DNA of 64,000 nucleotides from Thainema sp. GTDB taxonomy: Bacteria; Cyanobacteriota; Cyanobacteriia; Phormidesmidales; Phormidesmidaceae. Each line of letters starts with the position of its first letter. Position 1 is the stretch's first letter. Shown here one piece after another: positions 50,551-60,770 of the stretch. The stretch spans positions 160,001 to 224,000 of the forward strand of contig JBQLZK010000001.1 in assembly GCA_052168235.1 (NCBI GenBank). The letters run 5' to 3'. The notes beneath the pieces are model-generated. The model did no database searches. It had not been told where the DNA came from and was given only the letters and a program-made list of their open reading frames with translations. The position numbers were made by a program, and so were the translations under genes.

Positions 50551-51916
50551 TCCGGACTTCGATTTAACGGATGCCGATCTCTCTAGTTCCAGTTTTCTGG
50601 ATAGAGGGTTAGTTGGGCGACGGCGAAAAGCAGCAGTTGCCCTATCGATTGTCTGGGGAAGCGTGATTGCGCTGCATTTGTTGTCCTGGGGAGTTTGGCT
50701 TGTCCTAGCATTAACGCTGGTGATGGCTGTCCATGCGATTCGGGTTGTCGTTGTGCGCCCGCCTCAACCACCTGAACCCCTCTCGGCAGAACGCTCTTCC
50801 CCAGATGACTGGCCTTATGTTTCGCTGTTGGTTGCAGCCAAAAACGAGGAGTCGGTGATCGGTGGTCTCGTGCGGCATCTGTGCAGTTTGGATTATCCAG
50901 CTCATCGCTATGACCTGTGGGTGATCGATGATAATAGCAGCGATCGCACTCCCAAAATTTTGGATCGGCTGGCCCAGCAGTATCCCCAGTTGAACGTGAT
51001 TCATCGGGATGCCACGGCTACGGGCGGCAAATCCGGGGCGCTAAATTTGGTCTGGCCCCAAACCCAGGCGGACATTATCGCCGTGTTTGATGCCGATGCC
51101 CAAGTGCCACCCGATCTGCTGCGTCGGGTTTTATCGTATTTTGACCAGCCCAATATAGGTGCGGTTCAAGTGCGAAAAGCGATCGCAAATGCAAGCACGA
51201 ACTTCTGGACAAAGGGACAAGTGGCCGAAATGGCGCTGGATACTTTCTTTCAGCAGCAGCGGATTGCGCTGGGCGGGATTGGCGAGCTGCGCGGCAACGG
51301 CCAGTTTGTGCGGCGGCAAGCGCTAGAAACCTGTGGCGGTTGGAATGAGCAAACGATTACAGATGACCTCGATTTAACCCTGCGGCTGCATCTCTATCAC
51401 TGGGATATTGACTGTTTATGCTATCCACCTGTGCATGAAGAAGGCGTAACGCGGGCCATGGGACTCTGGCATCAACGGAATCGCTGGGCAGAGGGTGGCT
51501 ATCAGCGCTATTTGGACTACTGGCGCTGGATCGCCCAAAACCGGATGGGTTTCAGCAAAACCTTCGATCTGGTGATGTTCCTAATTACCCAGTACGTCTT
51601 GCCAATGGCGGCCATTCCTGATTTAGCGATGGCGCTGTGGCGTGGTCGTGCGCCTGTCTTGGCTCCCGTGACGACGCTAACAACGTCGCTGCTTGTGTTC
51701 GCCATGTTTGCCGGACTGCGACGCACGAGTAAGCCCTCGGTGTTGATCGCCATGTTGCAGACCCTGCGCGGTACGCTATACATGCTGCACTGGATTCCGG
51801 TGATGACCAGCACTACCATGCGGATGGCCGTACGTCCGAAGCGGCTCAAGTGGGTAAAGACCGTCCACCAAGGCTCAGATGACGAATGGCTGGACGTTGA
51901 AGTTTCAAATTCCTAA
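50495..51916 (+). CDS. mgdA: Monoglucosyldiacylglycerol synthase (GT2)
   Basis: MPENSWP start, GRRRKAA, AAKNEE, DDNSSD, GGKSGALN, FDADA, GELRGNGQ, TITDDLD, QRNRWAEGG. Confidence 0.8.
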   Translation: MPENSWPENESHKVFAPLDPDFDLTDADLSSSSFLDRGLVGRRRKAAVALSIVWGSVIALHLLSWGVWLVLALTLVMAVHAIRVVVVRPPQPPEPLSAERSSPDDWPYVSLLVAAKNEESVIGGLVRHLCSLDYPAHRYDLWVIDDNSSDRTPKILDRLAQQYPQLNVIHRDATATGGKSGALNLVWPQTQADIIAVFDADAQVPPDLLRRVLSYFDQPNIGAVQVRKAIANASTNFWTKGQVAEMALDTFFQQQRIALGGIGELRGNGQFVRRQALETCGGWNEQTITDDLDLTLRLHLYHWDIDCLCYPPVHEEGVTRAMGLWHQRNRWAEGGYQRYLDYWRWIAQNRMGFSKTFDLVMFLITQYVLPMAAIPDLAMALWRGRAPVLAPVTTLTTSLLVFAMFAGLRRTSKPSVLIAMLQTLRGTLYMLHWIPVMTSTTMRMAVRPKRLKWVKTVHQGSDDEWLDVEVSNS

Positions 51917-51928
51917 ACTTGATTTTCG

Positions 51929-51969
51929 AAACCCGCAAGGGGCGGACTGAGTGAGCCCCTTGCGGGTTT
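51929..51969. terminator. Bidirectional terminator between convergent mgdA and dnaX
   Basis: AAACCCGCAAGGGGC...GCCCCTTGCGGGTTT. Confidence 0.6.
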
Positions 51970-51981
51970 TAAACCACTCCG

Positions 51982-54369
51982 CTAGAACGGGAGATCGTCA
52001 TCATCGTCGTCATCGTCAGTACTGAGGTCAGCAGATGGGGTGGGAAGGGAAGTAGCGGTTGACGTGAATGTGCGATCGCGATCGCGGATCTCCTCACTAG
52101 AAACAACCGCATGATCGATGGAATGACTCCGCAGATCAGCTGAACCAGTTGAATTGGTCGGTGCCACCGAAGTTGACTGAGCTAAATCGGCTGTGGCTGA
52201 CCAGAACATCGCATCGGCTTCATTCATTTCCACCACCTGACCGTTGAAAAACTGGGCAAAGCTGCGGCTAGCTCGCGCAACGGCATCTTCAGTGTAAACC
52301 GACGGCATCGGCCCCACCGATTCAAAAGCCGATCCAGGTGCAGAGACTGCCTCGTTCGATTGCGGTAGATCCGCATCTGAAGCCGTTCTAGCTGCGGGTG
52401 GCAATGAGGTAGAAGCAGGCTGTGTGATCGTTTCGCTGCTCGTTTCACCAACAGTCGCAGAACTCCAAGCACCATTCTGCGTATCGATTTCAGTTACCTG
52501 GTTGGAGTAGCCATTGGTAGAGGTCGCGATTGAGCTACCGTTCTGACTGCTGCCGCTGTCGGAAGTGGTGGCAGGCTGCCCTATGGGGGCGACCGCTGAA
52601 CTGGGGCTCGCGTCTAAATCCGCCGATGCCGGAGGAGACGAAGCTGAGACATCAGCCGCCACAGTGAGGCTAATCCGGATGGGATGATTGACGACGAGCG
52701 CAAAAGCCTTTTCGATGTCAGGGACTTTGCTTTGGGCAATTTTGAGCAGATTACGGGAGCTAATCGCTACAGTCGCTTGATTGCCTGTGTATTCGAGCAG
52801 CTCACCATGCTCTTTGAGCAGCGCCTTGCTCAACGGATGCAGCCGTCCGATCACCTGCTGCCAAATTTCGCGAATATTGACCTGCGGCACCGGGGGCGAC
52901 GATTCAGGGACGGCTGGCTGCGCTGGAGTAGGAACAGGTGCAGGCGGCGCTTTAGGTGGCTGGGTATGAGGGGAATCCACACCAGCAGAATCGTTCGGTG
53001 CCGTTTGAACAGGTTGAGCGGGTACCGTCTGTGCCGAAGGAGCAGCAGCAGACTGAACGGTTGCGGATGCGGCTGGAGCCGTGGGCTGAGCTGCGCCAGC
53101 ACCGTTTTGCTCAAGACTCGCAACGGGAGCCGGATGTACGGCTGAGACAGGCACTTGGGGAGAAGGCGATTTTGCGGGAGCCGTTGGGGCCGTCGGGGCT
53201 GTAGGCTGCAATTCCCTGCGCGATGGCAAGGCTGAACGTGTGTCTAGGCTGGCTGCCACAGTTTGAGCCGCCAGAGTAGACGGTAGGAGTCCAAGCAGTG
53301 TAACTTCTAGCCACAGTCGCGGCTGTGTGGTGTTTTTCACCTGAACTTCGGCCTCGCGGAGCCGCTGCTGACCGGCCAGGATTAATCCCAAATCGAGGGA
53401 TTGAGTAAAGTCCACCAGCTCAGCCCAAGTGGATGGCGTGATAGCTACTAGGTCATTGCGATCGCAAGCTGTTTTCGCCACTAATAAATCACGGTAGAAG
53501 CTAGCCAAATTTTGCAGTACCACCAGCGGCTCACGGCCTCGATCCATCAGGTGCCGCGCTTGTTCTAGCACCTGCACCCCGTCATCCGCCGCGATCGCCC
53601 GCACCAGGGCTAGCAGATTACGTTCGGGCACGGCACCAACCAAGTCCCAGACACGTTCAACTGTCACGCCTTCAGTCAACAAACTGAGCTGATCTAGCAA
53701 ACTTTGGGCATCGCGTAGACCACCTTGGGACACCTGAGCAACGAGACGCAGCGCATCCGGTTCGATCTGAATCCCTTCTTGATTGGCAATAGTTTGCAAG
53801 TGCGCCACCATTTCTTCCAGGGGTATGCGGCGAAAGTCAAACCGCTGACAGCGCGAAATAATCGTCGGCAACACCCGCTGCGGATCGGTAGTGGCCAGGA
53901 CAAATACAACCCGCTCCGGTGGTTCCTCCAGCGTCTTCAGCAGCGCATTAAACGCCGCTGTGCTGAGCATGTGGCACTCGTCAATCACATAAACTTTGTA
54001 GCGACACTGGACGGGGGCAAACTGCGCCCTTTCAATCAGTTCGCGAATGTTGTCTACCCCAGTATTGCTGGCCGCGTCGATTTCAATCACGTCCAGCGCA
54101 GAACCTTTGGTGATGCTGCGGCAGGTTTCGCACTGCCCGCAGGGGGTCGGTGTTGGGTTGTCAGTCTGAACACAGTTCAGCGATTTGGCTAGAATCCGAG
54201 CGCTCGACGTTTTGCCCGTACCGCGTGGGCCGCAAAATAGATAGGCTGGCGGAATCCGCTGCTGCTGGAGAGCACTGCATAGAGTAGTTGCGATCGCACT
54301 TTGCCCCACCAGTTGAGCAAAGGATTGGGGTCGATATTTGTGATGAAGGGGTTCGTAGACCATAGCCAA
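51982..54369 (-). CDS. dnaX: DNA polymerase III subunit gamma/tau
   Basis: HHKYRPQSF, GPRGTGKTS, EIDAASN, IDECHMLS, LKTLEEPP, SRCQRF; C-terminal DDDLPF. Confidence 0.96.
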   Translation of the reverse strand: MAMVYEPLHHKYRPQSFAQLVGQSAIATTLCSALQQQRIPPAYLFCGPRGTGKTSSARILAKSLNCVQTDNPTPTPCGQCETCRSITKGSALDVIEIDAASNTGVDNIRELIERAQFAPVQCRYKVYVIDECHMLSTAAFNALLKTLEEPPERVVFVLATTDPQRVLPTIISRCQRFDFRRIPLEEMVAHLQTIANQEGIQIEPDALRLVAQVSQGGLRDAQSLLDQLSLLTEGVTVERVWDLVGAVPERNLLALVRAIAADDGVQVLEQARHLMDRGREPLVVLQNLASFYRDLLVAKTACDRNDLVAITPSTWAELVDFTQSLDLGLILAGQQRLREAEVQVKNTTQPRLWLEVTLLGLLPSTLAAQTVAASLDTRSALPSRRELQPTAPTAPTAPAKSPSPQVPVSAVHPAPVASLEQNGAGAAQPTAPAASATVQSAAAPSAQTVPAQPVQTAPNDSAGVDSPHTQPPKAPPAPVPTPAQPAVPESSPPVPQVNIREIWQQVIGRLHPLSKALLKEHGELLEYTGNQATVAISSRNLLKIAQSKVPDIEKAFALVVNHPIRISLTVAADVSASSPPASADLDASPSSAVAPIGQPATTSDSGSSQNGSSIATSTNGYSNQVTEIDTQNGAWSSATVGETSSETITQPASTSLPPAARTASDADLPQSNEAVSAPGSAFESVGPMPSVYTEDAVARASRSFAQFFNGQVVEMNEADAMFWSATADLAQSTSVAPTNSTGSADLRSHSIDHAVVSSEEIRDRDRTFTSTATSLPTPSADLSTDDDDDDDDLPF

Positions 54370-54484
54370 CCTAAGTGCCCCTCCTATTGTAAAAACTGCT
54401 GGTCAAAACTGTGGGCTGCTGCACAGCCCTTTGATTAAATCGTCAGTCCGGCAAGTTTGCAAGGGGGGAAGTAAAAGTTTGCTT

Positions 54485-55828
54485 TTAAGCAACTGGAGCC
54501 GGATTGGCTGGAGTTGCTCGGCTAGCCAGCACCCAAAACCAGAGGGCACCGAGACCCAGCAGAATGACGAGCAGCTGAATCAGACCACCCAAGATTGGAA
54601 TCGCTGTTAACAATACAAAAATTATTAGGCCAACAGCGAGGGCGGCAATTCGTCGAGTGGCCCAGTTTTGCTGAGTTGCTTGTAACAGTCGCTGTCCGCC
54701 CCAATAGCTGAGAGCAATGGCTGGAATGTAGACTATAAACAGCAAAAAGCCAATTATCAGCGTCAGATTACCTAGGAAGCCTACACCCAAAATTAACGGT
54801 GCGAGATTCCACAAGAATGAACCCAGGATGACGGCTAGAACAATCGTCACGATGGGAATTGCGATCGCACATAGGCCCACAAGCAACAAGGTCAAAATCC
54901 CCCAGCCCAAACTTGGCAGCGGCTTGGCTTGCACGGTGCTAGACAGCCGCTGAATCCAACTGGGCACCAGCCAGAGCAGTAATGAGCCAATCAGCAACAG
55001 CGTAATCCAGCGCTGCACAATATCCCACACCACCGACGCGGCCCCCACGGGTTCTACTTCGGTGGCTTCAATCGGTTCTCGTTCAGTCTCTCCCGCAATT
55101 TGGGCGGCTGGATCAATCATGGCTTCGCTATTGGATTGGTAGATTAAATTGCCACCAATCTGCGCCGAGTTTGTCACCGTAAACGCAAGCGGCACCTCCG
55201 GCACAGGCACAGGAGAGGGGGGTACAAAGGGCGGTTCAATTACCACAATCGGACGTTCTCCTGAATCGGCTTCATCCTCTGCTCCGGCCACAGCGACATC
55301 AACGTTTTCACCCACCGCGCCGCGCAGTTCGAGAGCAGCCATTGCCCCCTGAAACTCTTCTTGTACCACGCCCGCAATCAGCGCCTGTGCACCCGCGAAC
55401 GATAGATCGCCAGCGATTTCACTGCCGGACTGCGTTTCTAAACTAGCGCCCGCTGCCACTACGTCATCACCAATGCGAGCCACGCTGCCAATTTGCAGCA
55501 CTTGTCCCGCCATCCGCACATCATCCGTCACCGTGCCGTTGATGACGATAGCCTGACCAGCAGCAATCAAGTCTCCTTCAACTAAGCCATTGATAATAAT
55601 TTCGCGACCTGCACCGATCACGTCGCCGCGCACCGTGCCGTCAATCCGCACTGTGGATCCAGCAACATAAAGATCGTCTTCAACGACTTCATCCTGAGCA
55701 ATGGCAATGTACTCTCCGGCTCGGCTCTCCATCGCCCAAACGGATTTGCCCACACCCACACCGAACAGCAGCAGCACGGTCGCCATAATCAGTAGCGTTC
55801 GTCTGAAAACACGCTGTAGTGGTTTCAT
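54485..55828 (-). CDS. Bactofilin-like beta-helix membrane protein (polymer-forming cytoskeletal family)
   Basis: Signal peptide, repeated V.GD..AAG..V.I.G units, several C-terminal transmembrane segments. Confidence 0.72.
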   Translation of the reverse strand: MKPLQRVFRRTLLIMATVLLLFGVGVGKSVWAMESRAGEYIAIAQDEVVEDDLYVAGSTVRIDGTVRGDVIGAGREIIINGLVEGDLIAAGQAIVINGTVTDDVRMAGQVLQIGSVARIGDDVVAAGASLETQSGSEIAGDLSFAGAQALIAGVVQEEFQGAMAALELRGAVGENVDVAVAGAEDEADSGERPIVVIEPPFVPPSPVPVPEVPLAFTVTNSAQIGGNLIYQSNSEAMIDPAAQIAGETEREPIEATEVEPVGAASVVWDIVQRWITLLLIGSLLLWLVPSWIQRLSSTVQAKPLPSLGWGILTLLLVGLCAIAIPIVTIVLAVILGSFLWNLAPLILGVGFLGNLTLIIGFLLFIVYIPAIALSYWGGQRLLQATQQNWATRRIAALAVGLIIFVLLTAIPILGGLIQLLVILLGLGALWFWVLASRATPANPAPVA

Positions 55829-56018
55829 AGCTCATCTCCTTAGCGAGATTTCGGATTGAGTTCAGATTGAATTTTGTATTCTGCCTTTTCTGCTTTGCGC
55901 TCTCTGCTCCACTTTAATAAATAGCGCAATAAATCACACTGGATGCTTGTCTCAAAGTCATCTACATGTGTGAATATGTCAGAAGTTAATCCAAGCTAAT
56001 TTGCAAATCGGAGGTGTG

Positions 56019-56462
56019 GTGGTGAAGAAACAGTTGATTGGCAGCACAGGACTTGCGATCGCACTTGCGCTCAGTTCAACTCTACCTGTGCGATCGCAAA
56101 CCAGCGTCAGCACCGAATGCGGCACCCTCTTGCAAACCGTTAATGAAACGACGACCAACCTAGCATCGGTGTTTAGCAGCGGCGCACCGGATGTTGAGCT
56201 ATTTAGCACAGCCTCTGAAATGACAGCAGGTGCCGCCGAGAACTTTGCGGCCCTGGAACTCAGCGACGAGCAGCTCACGGCGTATCAAGGTGATTTTGCT
56301 GAACTGTACACAACACTGAGCGATGTAACGGGTCGCTTTGCCGGAGCACTGCAAGCCGAAGACGGCGAGGCTATTCAAACCATCTACGAAGAGTTCCGCA
56401 TAGCCGTGCGTCCAGAGTGGGAACTGATTCAGGATACTCAAACCTATTGCCAGGGACAGTAA
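56019..56462 (+). CDS. Hypothetical exported helical protein
   Basis: GGAGG RBS and GTG start, signal peptide, a Cys near each end. Confidence 0.65.
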   Translation: MVKKQLIGSTGLAIALALSSTLPVRSQTSVSTECGTLLQTVNETTTNLASVFSSGAPDVELFSTASEMTAGAAENFAALELSDEQLTAYQGDFAELYTTLSDVTGRFAGALQAEDGEAIQTIYEEFRIAVRPEWELIQDTQTYCQGQ

Positions 56463-56589
56463 TTTACACAAATAAAAAAGGCACAGCTTAGCGCCATGCC
56501 TCCACAGAATCAGAATTGGACTTGCTTTCTATATTAACGGATGCGATCGCATGTGTCTTACATACAGTCGCTCACGTTTGCTGATCAAG

Positions 56590-57249
56590 CTACTTAACCG
56601 CTGCGGCTGCCGCTACTTCGTCAGCAAAGTTGCTTTCTTCTTTTTCGATGCCTTCACCCAGAACAAAGCGAACAAAGCGACGAATCTGGATGTTCTCACC
56701 CAGTTGCGCAATACTTTGCTTAACCAGCTCATCAACAGTGATATTAGTATCCCGAATATATGCCTGATCGAGCAGAGACAGTTCCTTCCGCCGCTTCTCA
56801 ATCCGACCATCTACGATCTTGGCGCGAATATTCTCTGGCTTACTCGCCAAGTCTTCACGACCCATTTCGATTTCGCGCTCTTTCTCGATCATATCGGAGG
56901 GTACGTCATCAGTGCTAACGTACTCAACATTGGGGCAAGCCGCAATTTGCATTGCAATATTACGCACCAATTCCTGAAATTCTTCGCGACGAGCCACGAA
57001 ATCGGTTTCGCAGTTGACTTCAACCAATACGCCGACTCTTCCACCCGTGTGGATATACTGACCGACTAGTCCCTCAGCGGCAACCCGACCTGCTTTCTTG
57101 TCAGCGGATGCCATGCCTTTCTTACGCAACCACTCTGCGGCCTTTTCCATATCGCCGTCAGATTCTTTGAGGGCCTTTTTACAGTCCATCATGCCTGCGC
57201 CTGTTTTCTCGCGCAGTTCTTTTACGAGCTTTGCTGAAATTTCCGCCAT
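56590..57249 (-). CDS. tsf: Elongation factor Ts
   Basis: [40 protein letters not shown]. Confidence 0.98.
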   Translation of the reverse strand: MAEISAKLVKELREKTGAGMMDCKKALKESDGDMEKAAEWLRKKGMASADKKAGRVAAEGLVGQYIHTGGRVGVLVEVNCETDFVARREEFQELVRNIAMQIAACPNVEYVSTDDVPSDMIEKEREIEMGREDLASKPENIRAKIVDGRIEKRRKELSLLDQAYIRDTNITVDELVKQSIAQLGENIQIRRFVRFVLGEGIEKEESNFADEVAAAAAVK

Positions 57250-57290
57250 TGTGATTGGATTCCTGTAATGAATCTACAGATCGACTAAAT

Positions 57291-57392
57291 TAAGTGGCTG
57301 CATAAGTTAAATGCATATCTAAAAACCGGGGGAGCGCCCCTCCGGGGCGCTCCCCCGGTTTTTAGATGCGTTTATTTATGCCAACCTACTGA
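57291..57392. mobile_element. MITE-like palindromic element
   Basis: Imperfect outer IR (TAAGTGGCTGCATAA versus reverse complement TCAGTAGGTTGGCATAA); perfect 24-bp IR 57317-57367 with loop TCC. Confidence 0.6.
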
Positions 57393-57408
57393 AATGAACA
57401 AAAAGAAC

Positions 57409-57449
57409 GATTTCGGGTGGTGTAGGCGGTGCCTACACCACCCGAAATC
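57409..57449. repeat. Perfect 19-bp inverted repeat
   Basis: GATTTCGGGTGGTGTAGGC-ggt-GCCTACACCACCCGAAATC. Confidence 0.8.
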
Positions 57450-57716
57450 ATTACCCACATACCACTACCAATGAATATAGAGAGGCCAAATAAGGCGCTG
57501 CTTTATCTTCACTCTATCGAAATCGGGAACCATCCGTGAATAATCTCGGATACCTTTTGATTCGGATTAGTAATTATTAGGTAGCGATTTCAACTGTGTG
57601 AGCTTGGCCAACACAATCGAAATCACTACTTTTCGAGGACTACCCGATACCGAATGGGTACCGATTCACGCATGAATCTGTTCGAGTAATTTGACGTTGA
57701 TGTCAGCTAGACGAAG

Positions 57717-58502
57717 CTATTCTTCGCTGTCGTCTTCATCAGCCGCATCCGCATCGTAGTCCTCTTCATCGTATTCGTCTTCAGCGCCTTCGTAATCGTA
57801 CTCATCGTCGGTATCAAGTTCGCCGTGACGACCTTCATAGATAGCATCGGCCAATCGCCCAACAATTAGCTTGATAGAACGAATTGCATCATCATTCGCC
57901 GGAATGGGAATGTCAACAACGTCCGGATCGCAGTTGGTATCCAATAGCGAAATGATTGGAATCCCCAACTTTTGACACTCTTGAACGGCGTTGTATTCCC
58001 GCTTCTGGTCAACGATGAGAACTGCATCGGGTAGGCGACGCATTTGCTTGATGCCACCCAGGTACTTGCGCAGCTTTTCCAGTTCGCGACGGAGCACGGC
58101 TGCTTCTTTCTTCGGCAGCAGGTCAAGCGCACCTGTCTCTTCACGGCGTTCGAGATCTTTCAGGCGCTCAACCCGAGTTTTGATTGTGGCCCAGTTGGTT
58201 AACATGCCACCCAACCAGCGCTGGTTGATGTAGTAGGCTCCACAGCGGCTCGCTTCTTGCGCCACAATTCCGGCAGCCTGACGCTTTGTACCCACAAACA
58301 GAAAACGTTGACCATTTTCGGATGCGCCACGGATGTAGCTATAAGCTTCTTCCATGAGCTGAGCGGTTTGAACCAGGTCAATGATGTGAACCCCATTGCG
58401 CGATGTGAAGATGTAGGGATCCATCTTAGGATTCCATCGGCGGGTTTGGTGACCAAAATGCACCCCAGACTCTAGCAGCTGGGGCAAGGAAACTACAGGC
58501 AT
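57717..58502 (-). CDS. rpsB: 30S ribosomal protein S2
   Basis: [47 protein letters not shown]. Confidence 0.98.
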   Translation of the reverse strand: MPVVSLPQLLESGVHFGHQTRRWNPKMDPYIFTSRNGVHIIDLVQTAQLMEEAYSYIRGASENGQRFLFVGTKRQAAGIVAQEASRCGAYYINQRWLGGMLTNWATIKTRVERLKDLERREETGALDLLPKKEAAVLRRELEKLRKYLGGIKQMRRLPDAVLIVDQKREYNAVQECQKLGIPIISLLDTNCDPDVVDIPIPANDDAIRSIKLIVGRLADAIYEGRHGELDTDDEYDYEGAEDEYDEEDYDADAADEDDSEE

Positions 58503-58640
58503 ATTTTTCTCCTTTCGGGTTTAGCCTCCATCCAGACGGATTTTGTAAGGGATTAACTACAAACGAAAGCACGATAGTTAACGTGCGATCGCAGTTAAAC
58601 AGCCCCTTCAAAACACCCGAATTTCTGGATGTGTGAATTT
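58503..58640 (-). promoter_or_regulatory. rpsB (S2) autoregulatory leader RNA
   Basis: Minus strand reads CACACATCC...TTCGGGTG...GGATGGAGGCTAAACCCGAA, matching the conserved elements of the S2 leader. Confidence 0.6.
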
Positions 58641-58665
58641 AGACAACTTTTCCAAGATAGCACAA

Positions 58666-59400
58666 TTACGCCCGATATAACTGCTCCAGCTCGCTCTCCG
58701 TAACCGTCGCTGTGGGCTGATCGAGAACAACTTCTCCCTGACGGATACCTAGAATGCGATCGCTATATTGTTTGGCAAATTCAACCTGGTGCAGATTGCA
58801 GATGACGGTCAGTCCTTCGTTGTGGCAGAGGGACTTGAGCAAACCGAGGACGGTGTGGGCCGATTCCGGGTCGAGGCTGGCAATCGGCTCGTCGGCCAAG
58901 AGTAGTTCAACTCGCTGAGTGAGGGCACGTGCGATCGCAACTCGCTGCTGCTGGCCGCCAGATAGCTGATCGGCACGGCGAAAAGCCATATCTGCCATTC
59001 CAACGCGGGCCAGAGCGGTCATCCCCTCTAGCAGTAAGGCGCGAGGATATTGATTTAGCAAGCAGCGCCAAAAGGGCAGTTCCTGCAATCGACCCGCTAA
59101 GCAGTTTTCCAAGGCTGATCGTCGGCCTACCAAGTTGTAGTCCTGAGCGATGAAGCCAATCTGCGATCGCGCCCAGCGAAGTTCACTTTTAGAGCAGTGA
59201 GTTAAATTGTGCTGATTAAATAAAACGGTGCCCTGATCGGGCGACTGCAGCTGCAAAATACAGCGCAGCAGGGTGGTTTTTCCCGCACCACTTGGCCCGA
59301 GGATAGCCGTGAATGACTGCGGTTCTATCCTGAAATCAACATTTTTCAGGGCAAATTCGCGGTTCGAAAACGACTTCGATAGATGATTAACAACAAACAT
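58666..59400 (-). CDS. phnC: Phosphonate/phosphite ABC ATP-binding protein, PhnC-like
   Basis: GPSGAGKTT, QDYNLV.R.SALEN.LAGRL, RADQLSGGQQQRVAIARAL, LADEPIASLDP, CNLHQV..A..YSDRI.G. Confidence 0.75.
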   Translation of the reverse strand: MFVVNHLSKSFSNREFALKNVDFRIEPQSFTAILGPSGAGKTTLLRCILQLQSPDQGTVLFNQHNLTHCSKSELRWARSQIGFIAQDYNLVGRRSALENCLAGRLQELPFWRCLLNQYPRALLLEGMTALARVGMADMAFRRADQLSGGQQQRVAIARALTQRVELLLADEPIASLDPESAHTVLGLLKSLCHNEGLTVICNLHQVEFAKQYSDRILGIRQGEVVLDQPTATVTESELEQLYRA

Positions 59401-59719
59401 GTTGCAGGCTAGAGATGATGTTGAAAGTCGCTAAAACAGGAAAAGATGTATAAATTCCTTAAGTACTAACTATCGCTCTGAATAGTTATCCTAACGTTAT
59501 TTCAGTTTTGGCAAGTTGCTATTCTTTCAGCCGTTAGTTAGCCAATTTGAGAGTTGAAAATAAGTTTGTTTGTACTACTTCAAACCGCTGGCAAAACACA
59601 TTACTTTAAGTGACTTCGTAACGACTGAAAACGCGTTTAAACTCAGTTCACACTGTGGATACAGTTTGCCTTCCTATAAGCTTTTGTTCCCGATTCTGTA
59701 AGGTTTAGAGCACAATAAA

Positions 59720-60733
59720 ATGGCGGATGCAGATCAACATAAACCTTATATTCAAGAAGGTGAAGCCATTTGGGCTCAAATCAAAAATATTGAGCATCAA
59801 ATTCAACAAGCCGAATCAGAATTGGCTCGGACGAGGGCAGAAATTGAGATAAAACAGCAGCACCTCCAGCAAAAGAATCACGAGTTGGAAGTGGGCCAGC
59901 AAAAGTTAGACAATCTTAAACAGCAGTTTAGAGATTTGCTGCAGTGCCAAACGCCGCAACCACTGGCTGACGGATCTAGCTCATCTCCTGGTACAGCAGA
60001 TGATAGGACAAATCACACATCTGAACCATCTGCACCGAGGTTGTCCAACGGTCACTCAAACTATTCTTCAACTGATAATCAGTCGCCTGATAATCATCTA
60101 ACCGATGATCATTCAACCGATCAGCAAGCTGATTCTGCCAACGATTCTGCTCAGACTAGAGAGCCAAATTCGCTGTCTAACTCCACGTCATTCCATGCAA
60201 ATGGTCACGGCATCTCTCCAGATGACTCCGATAATGCCGATGTCGTAGACCGGCCTACCCCAACTGAAGAAAGTAGAGCCGATTCTACCTACCACTTTAG
60301 AGGCGACGAGATTTCGGTTCCGTCAGAACAGCTCAATCCTGAGACACTACAGTCAGACCCAAAGACGTGGAAGCGAGCCTACCGGGAACCGCATGACGAA
60401 ACTGATTCGCTGTCCAATCAAAATTTAGAACTCGATCAGGCTGCCATTTGGGCCGTGCTGGAGCGGATGATTGGCAGCATTCTTGCGATCGCAGCTCTCC
60501 TGCTCGGCGTGTTAGGCATTGTGATGGTGCTAGGCGGTTCAACAGAAGCTCTATTACTGGTCGCCTCTGGAGTTTTGATTGGCATCGCCTCTGGCCTACT
60601 GCTCAGTCCCAGTTTGCCCCTGCCGTGGCGCTTCCTCTGGACTCAACTTCAAGCTATCCGCGATCGCACCCGCCCGAATCAGCCCCAAAAAACCAGATCT
60701 ACAAAACGCGATCGCCGCAACCAATCACGCTAA
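59720..60733 (+). CDS. Hypothetical coiled-coil membrane protein
   Basis: Q/E-rich coiled coil, disordered S/D/N linker, two C-terminal transmembrane segments. Confidence 0.65.
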   Translation: MADADQHKPYIQEGEAIWAQIKNIEHQIQQAESELARTRAEIEIKQQHLQQKNHELEVGQQKLDNLKQQFRDLLQCQTPQPLADGSSSSPGTADDRTNHTSEPSAPRLSNGHSNYSSTDNQSPDNHLTDDHSTDQQADSANDSAQTREPNSLSNSTSFHANGHGISPDDSDNADVVDRPTPTEESRADSTYHFRGDEISVPSEQLNPETLQSDPKTWKRAYREPHDETDSLSNQNLELDQAAIWAVLERMIGSILAIAALLLGVLGIVMVLGGSTEALLLVASGVLIGIASGLLLSPSLPLPWRFLWTQLQAIRDRTRPNQPQKTRSTKRDRRNQSR

Positions 60734-60770
60734 CGCTAAAACGTTCCAACGTTTGTTGTTTCATCCTCCC

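Noticed and set aside
53960..53990. Intein in dnaX
   Set aside because: The IDECHMLS region is uninterrupted; the extra length is a Pro/Ala/Ser-rich linker.
59400..59520. Pho box upstream of the phnC-like gene
   Set aside because: Only a single CTTAA-like unit, with no convincing 11-bp-spaced repeats.
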